Assembly (NCBI GenBank): GCA_016712045.1
Contig: JADJRV010000020.1
Coordinates: 866-64,865, forward strand
DNA: 64,000 nucleotides
From: Chloracidobacterium sp.
Lineage (GTDB): Bacteria; Acidobacteriota; Blastocatellia; Pyrinomonadales; Pyrinomonadaceae
Direction: 5' to 3'
Of this stretch, positions 63,276 to 64,000 are shown piece by piece. Made by a program: the position numbers and the translations under genes. The notes under the pieces are model-generated. The model was not told the origin of the DNA. It saw nothing but the letters and a program-made list of their open reading frames with translations, and did not search any database. Positions within the stretch are counted from its first letter, which is position 1. Every line of letters starts with the position of its first letter.

Positions 63276-63333
63276 TTTGAAATTAACAATTAATGAATTA
63301 CTAATTAATAATTGTTGGAAACATATCGATCTG

Positions 63334-63361
63334 AAAAAGGCTGCTCTGAGGCAGCCTTTTT
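63334..63361. terminator. bidirectional rho-independent terminator
   Basis: AAAAAGGCTGC-tctgag-GCAGCCTTTTT between convergent genes. Confidence 0.65.
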
Positions 63362-63371
63362 CGTTGAAGTG

Positions 63372-64000
63372 TTAAGCCGCTTTCCGCAGTGCGATCGCTG
63401 TTGTCAGCGAGCGGAAAATATCGCGGCCGTCGTTTGAGCCTAGTAACTCTTCGCAGGCACGCTCAGGATGAGGCATCATACCGAGTACGTTGCGGTTCTG
63501 ATTTGATATACCGGCGATGTTAGACCTTGCACCGTTTGGATTGGACTCGTCGTTGACCTCGCCGTTCTCGTCGCAGTAGCGAAAGACGATCTGGCCATTT
63601 TCTTCAAGCGAATTGTAAGTCTCATCGTCACAGGTGAAATTCCCTTCGGCGTGGGCGATCGGTATCGAGAGTACCTTGTTACTTTCAACCTCAGTCGTGA
63701 ACGGCATATTGCTGTTCTCCACCTTGAGATTGACATGTTTGCAGATAAAATGCAGCCCCGCGTTACGACGCAAAGCCCCCGGCAACAACCCGCTCTCGCA
63801 CAGGATCTGAAAACCGTTGCAGATGCCAAAAACAAATCCGCCATCGGCCGCAAACCGCTTAACCGATTCCATCACCGGTGAGAACCTAGCAAGCGCCCCG
63901 GCACGCAGATAATCACCGTACGAAAAGCCGCCCGGGATGATGATCGCGTCAAAGCCGCTAAGGTCAGTTTCCTTATGCCAGATAAAATCGACGGGCTGCC
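63372..64000 (-). CDS. purQ: phosphoribosylformylglycinamidine synthase glutaminase subunit PurQ, 5' end outside the window
   Basis: ...[17 protein letters not shown]...GICNGFQIL...MMPHPER. The frame is open to the window edge. Confidence 0.9.
   Translation of the reverse strand, partial: QPVDFIWHKETDLSGFDAIIIPGGFSYGDYLRAGALARFSPVMESVKRFAADGGFVFGICNGFQILCESGLLPGALRRNAGLHFICKHVNLKVENSNMPFTTEVESNKVLSIPIAHAEGNFTCDDETYNSLEENGQIVFRYCDENGEVNDESNPNGARSNIAGISNQNRNVLGMMPHPERACEELLGSNDGRDIFRSLTTAIALRKAA

Overview
This is a 64-kb chromosomal segment, most likely from an Acidobacteriota-type genome. The evidence for that is two tandem VWFA-related acidobacterial-type secreted proteins, an alternative complex III (ACIII) + SCO + caa3 oxidase supercluster, and LolA-like lipoprotein genes. 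I found no rRNA, tRNA, CRISPR array, integrase or transposase by eye.

Gene content is mainly housekeeping:
- Glycolysis and sugar metabolism: pyk, eno, gpmI, glgC, GH15.
- DNA repair and nucleotide metabolism: uvrC, tdk, SRAP, alkD-like, purQ.
- Cell envelope: mtgA, M23 and S46 peptidases, GT9, GT39.
- A 13.6-kb respiratory operon on the minus strand: actABCDEF, an extra membrane subunit, SCO, and ctaC-ctaD-ctaE-subunit IV.

The most interesting points:
1. A five-gene ECF sigma module. It contains a tandem-ZAS anti-sigma factor, a translationally coupled small acidic Gly/Ala-rich protein, and a B-box-like zinc-finger membrane protein.
2. A recurring family of intergenic arrays and long hairpins built from tandem 7-10-nt words (GGATAAA, AATGCAC, CTGACNA, GTAAAAG/GTGAAAA, CACGAAA, CACAGAT). 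Two of these enclose the translation start and signal-peptide coding region of the two thioredoxin-fold proteins (TlpA-like and SCO).
3. Three tightly coupled cassettes of unclear function: radical SAM / NTF2-like / VIT iron transporter; LolA-like / ABC ATPase with no permease / LolA-like lipoprotein; and KAS-II-like / methyltransferase / FAD reductase.
4. A data-quality anomaly. Roughly 8.7-35.7 kb is saturated with homopolymer-type frameshifts in essential genes. This block also carries two G/T-G/C homopolymer junk tracts (9812-9855 and 20836-21295) and an internal deletion in eno. The flanking sequence is clean. I read this block as low-accuracy sequence rather than biology, so genes there are given as full spans and typed pseudogene.
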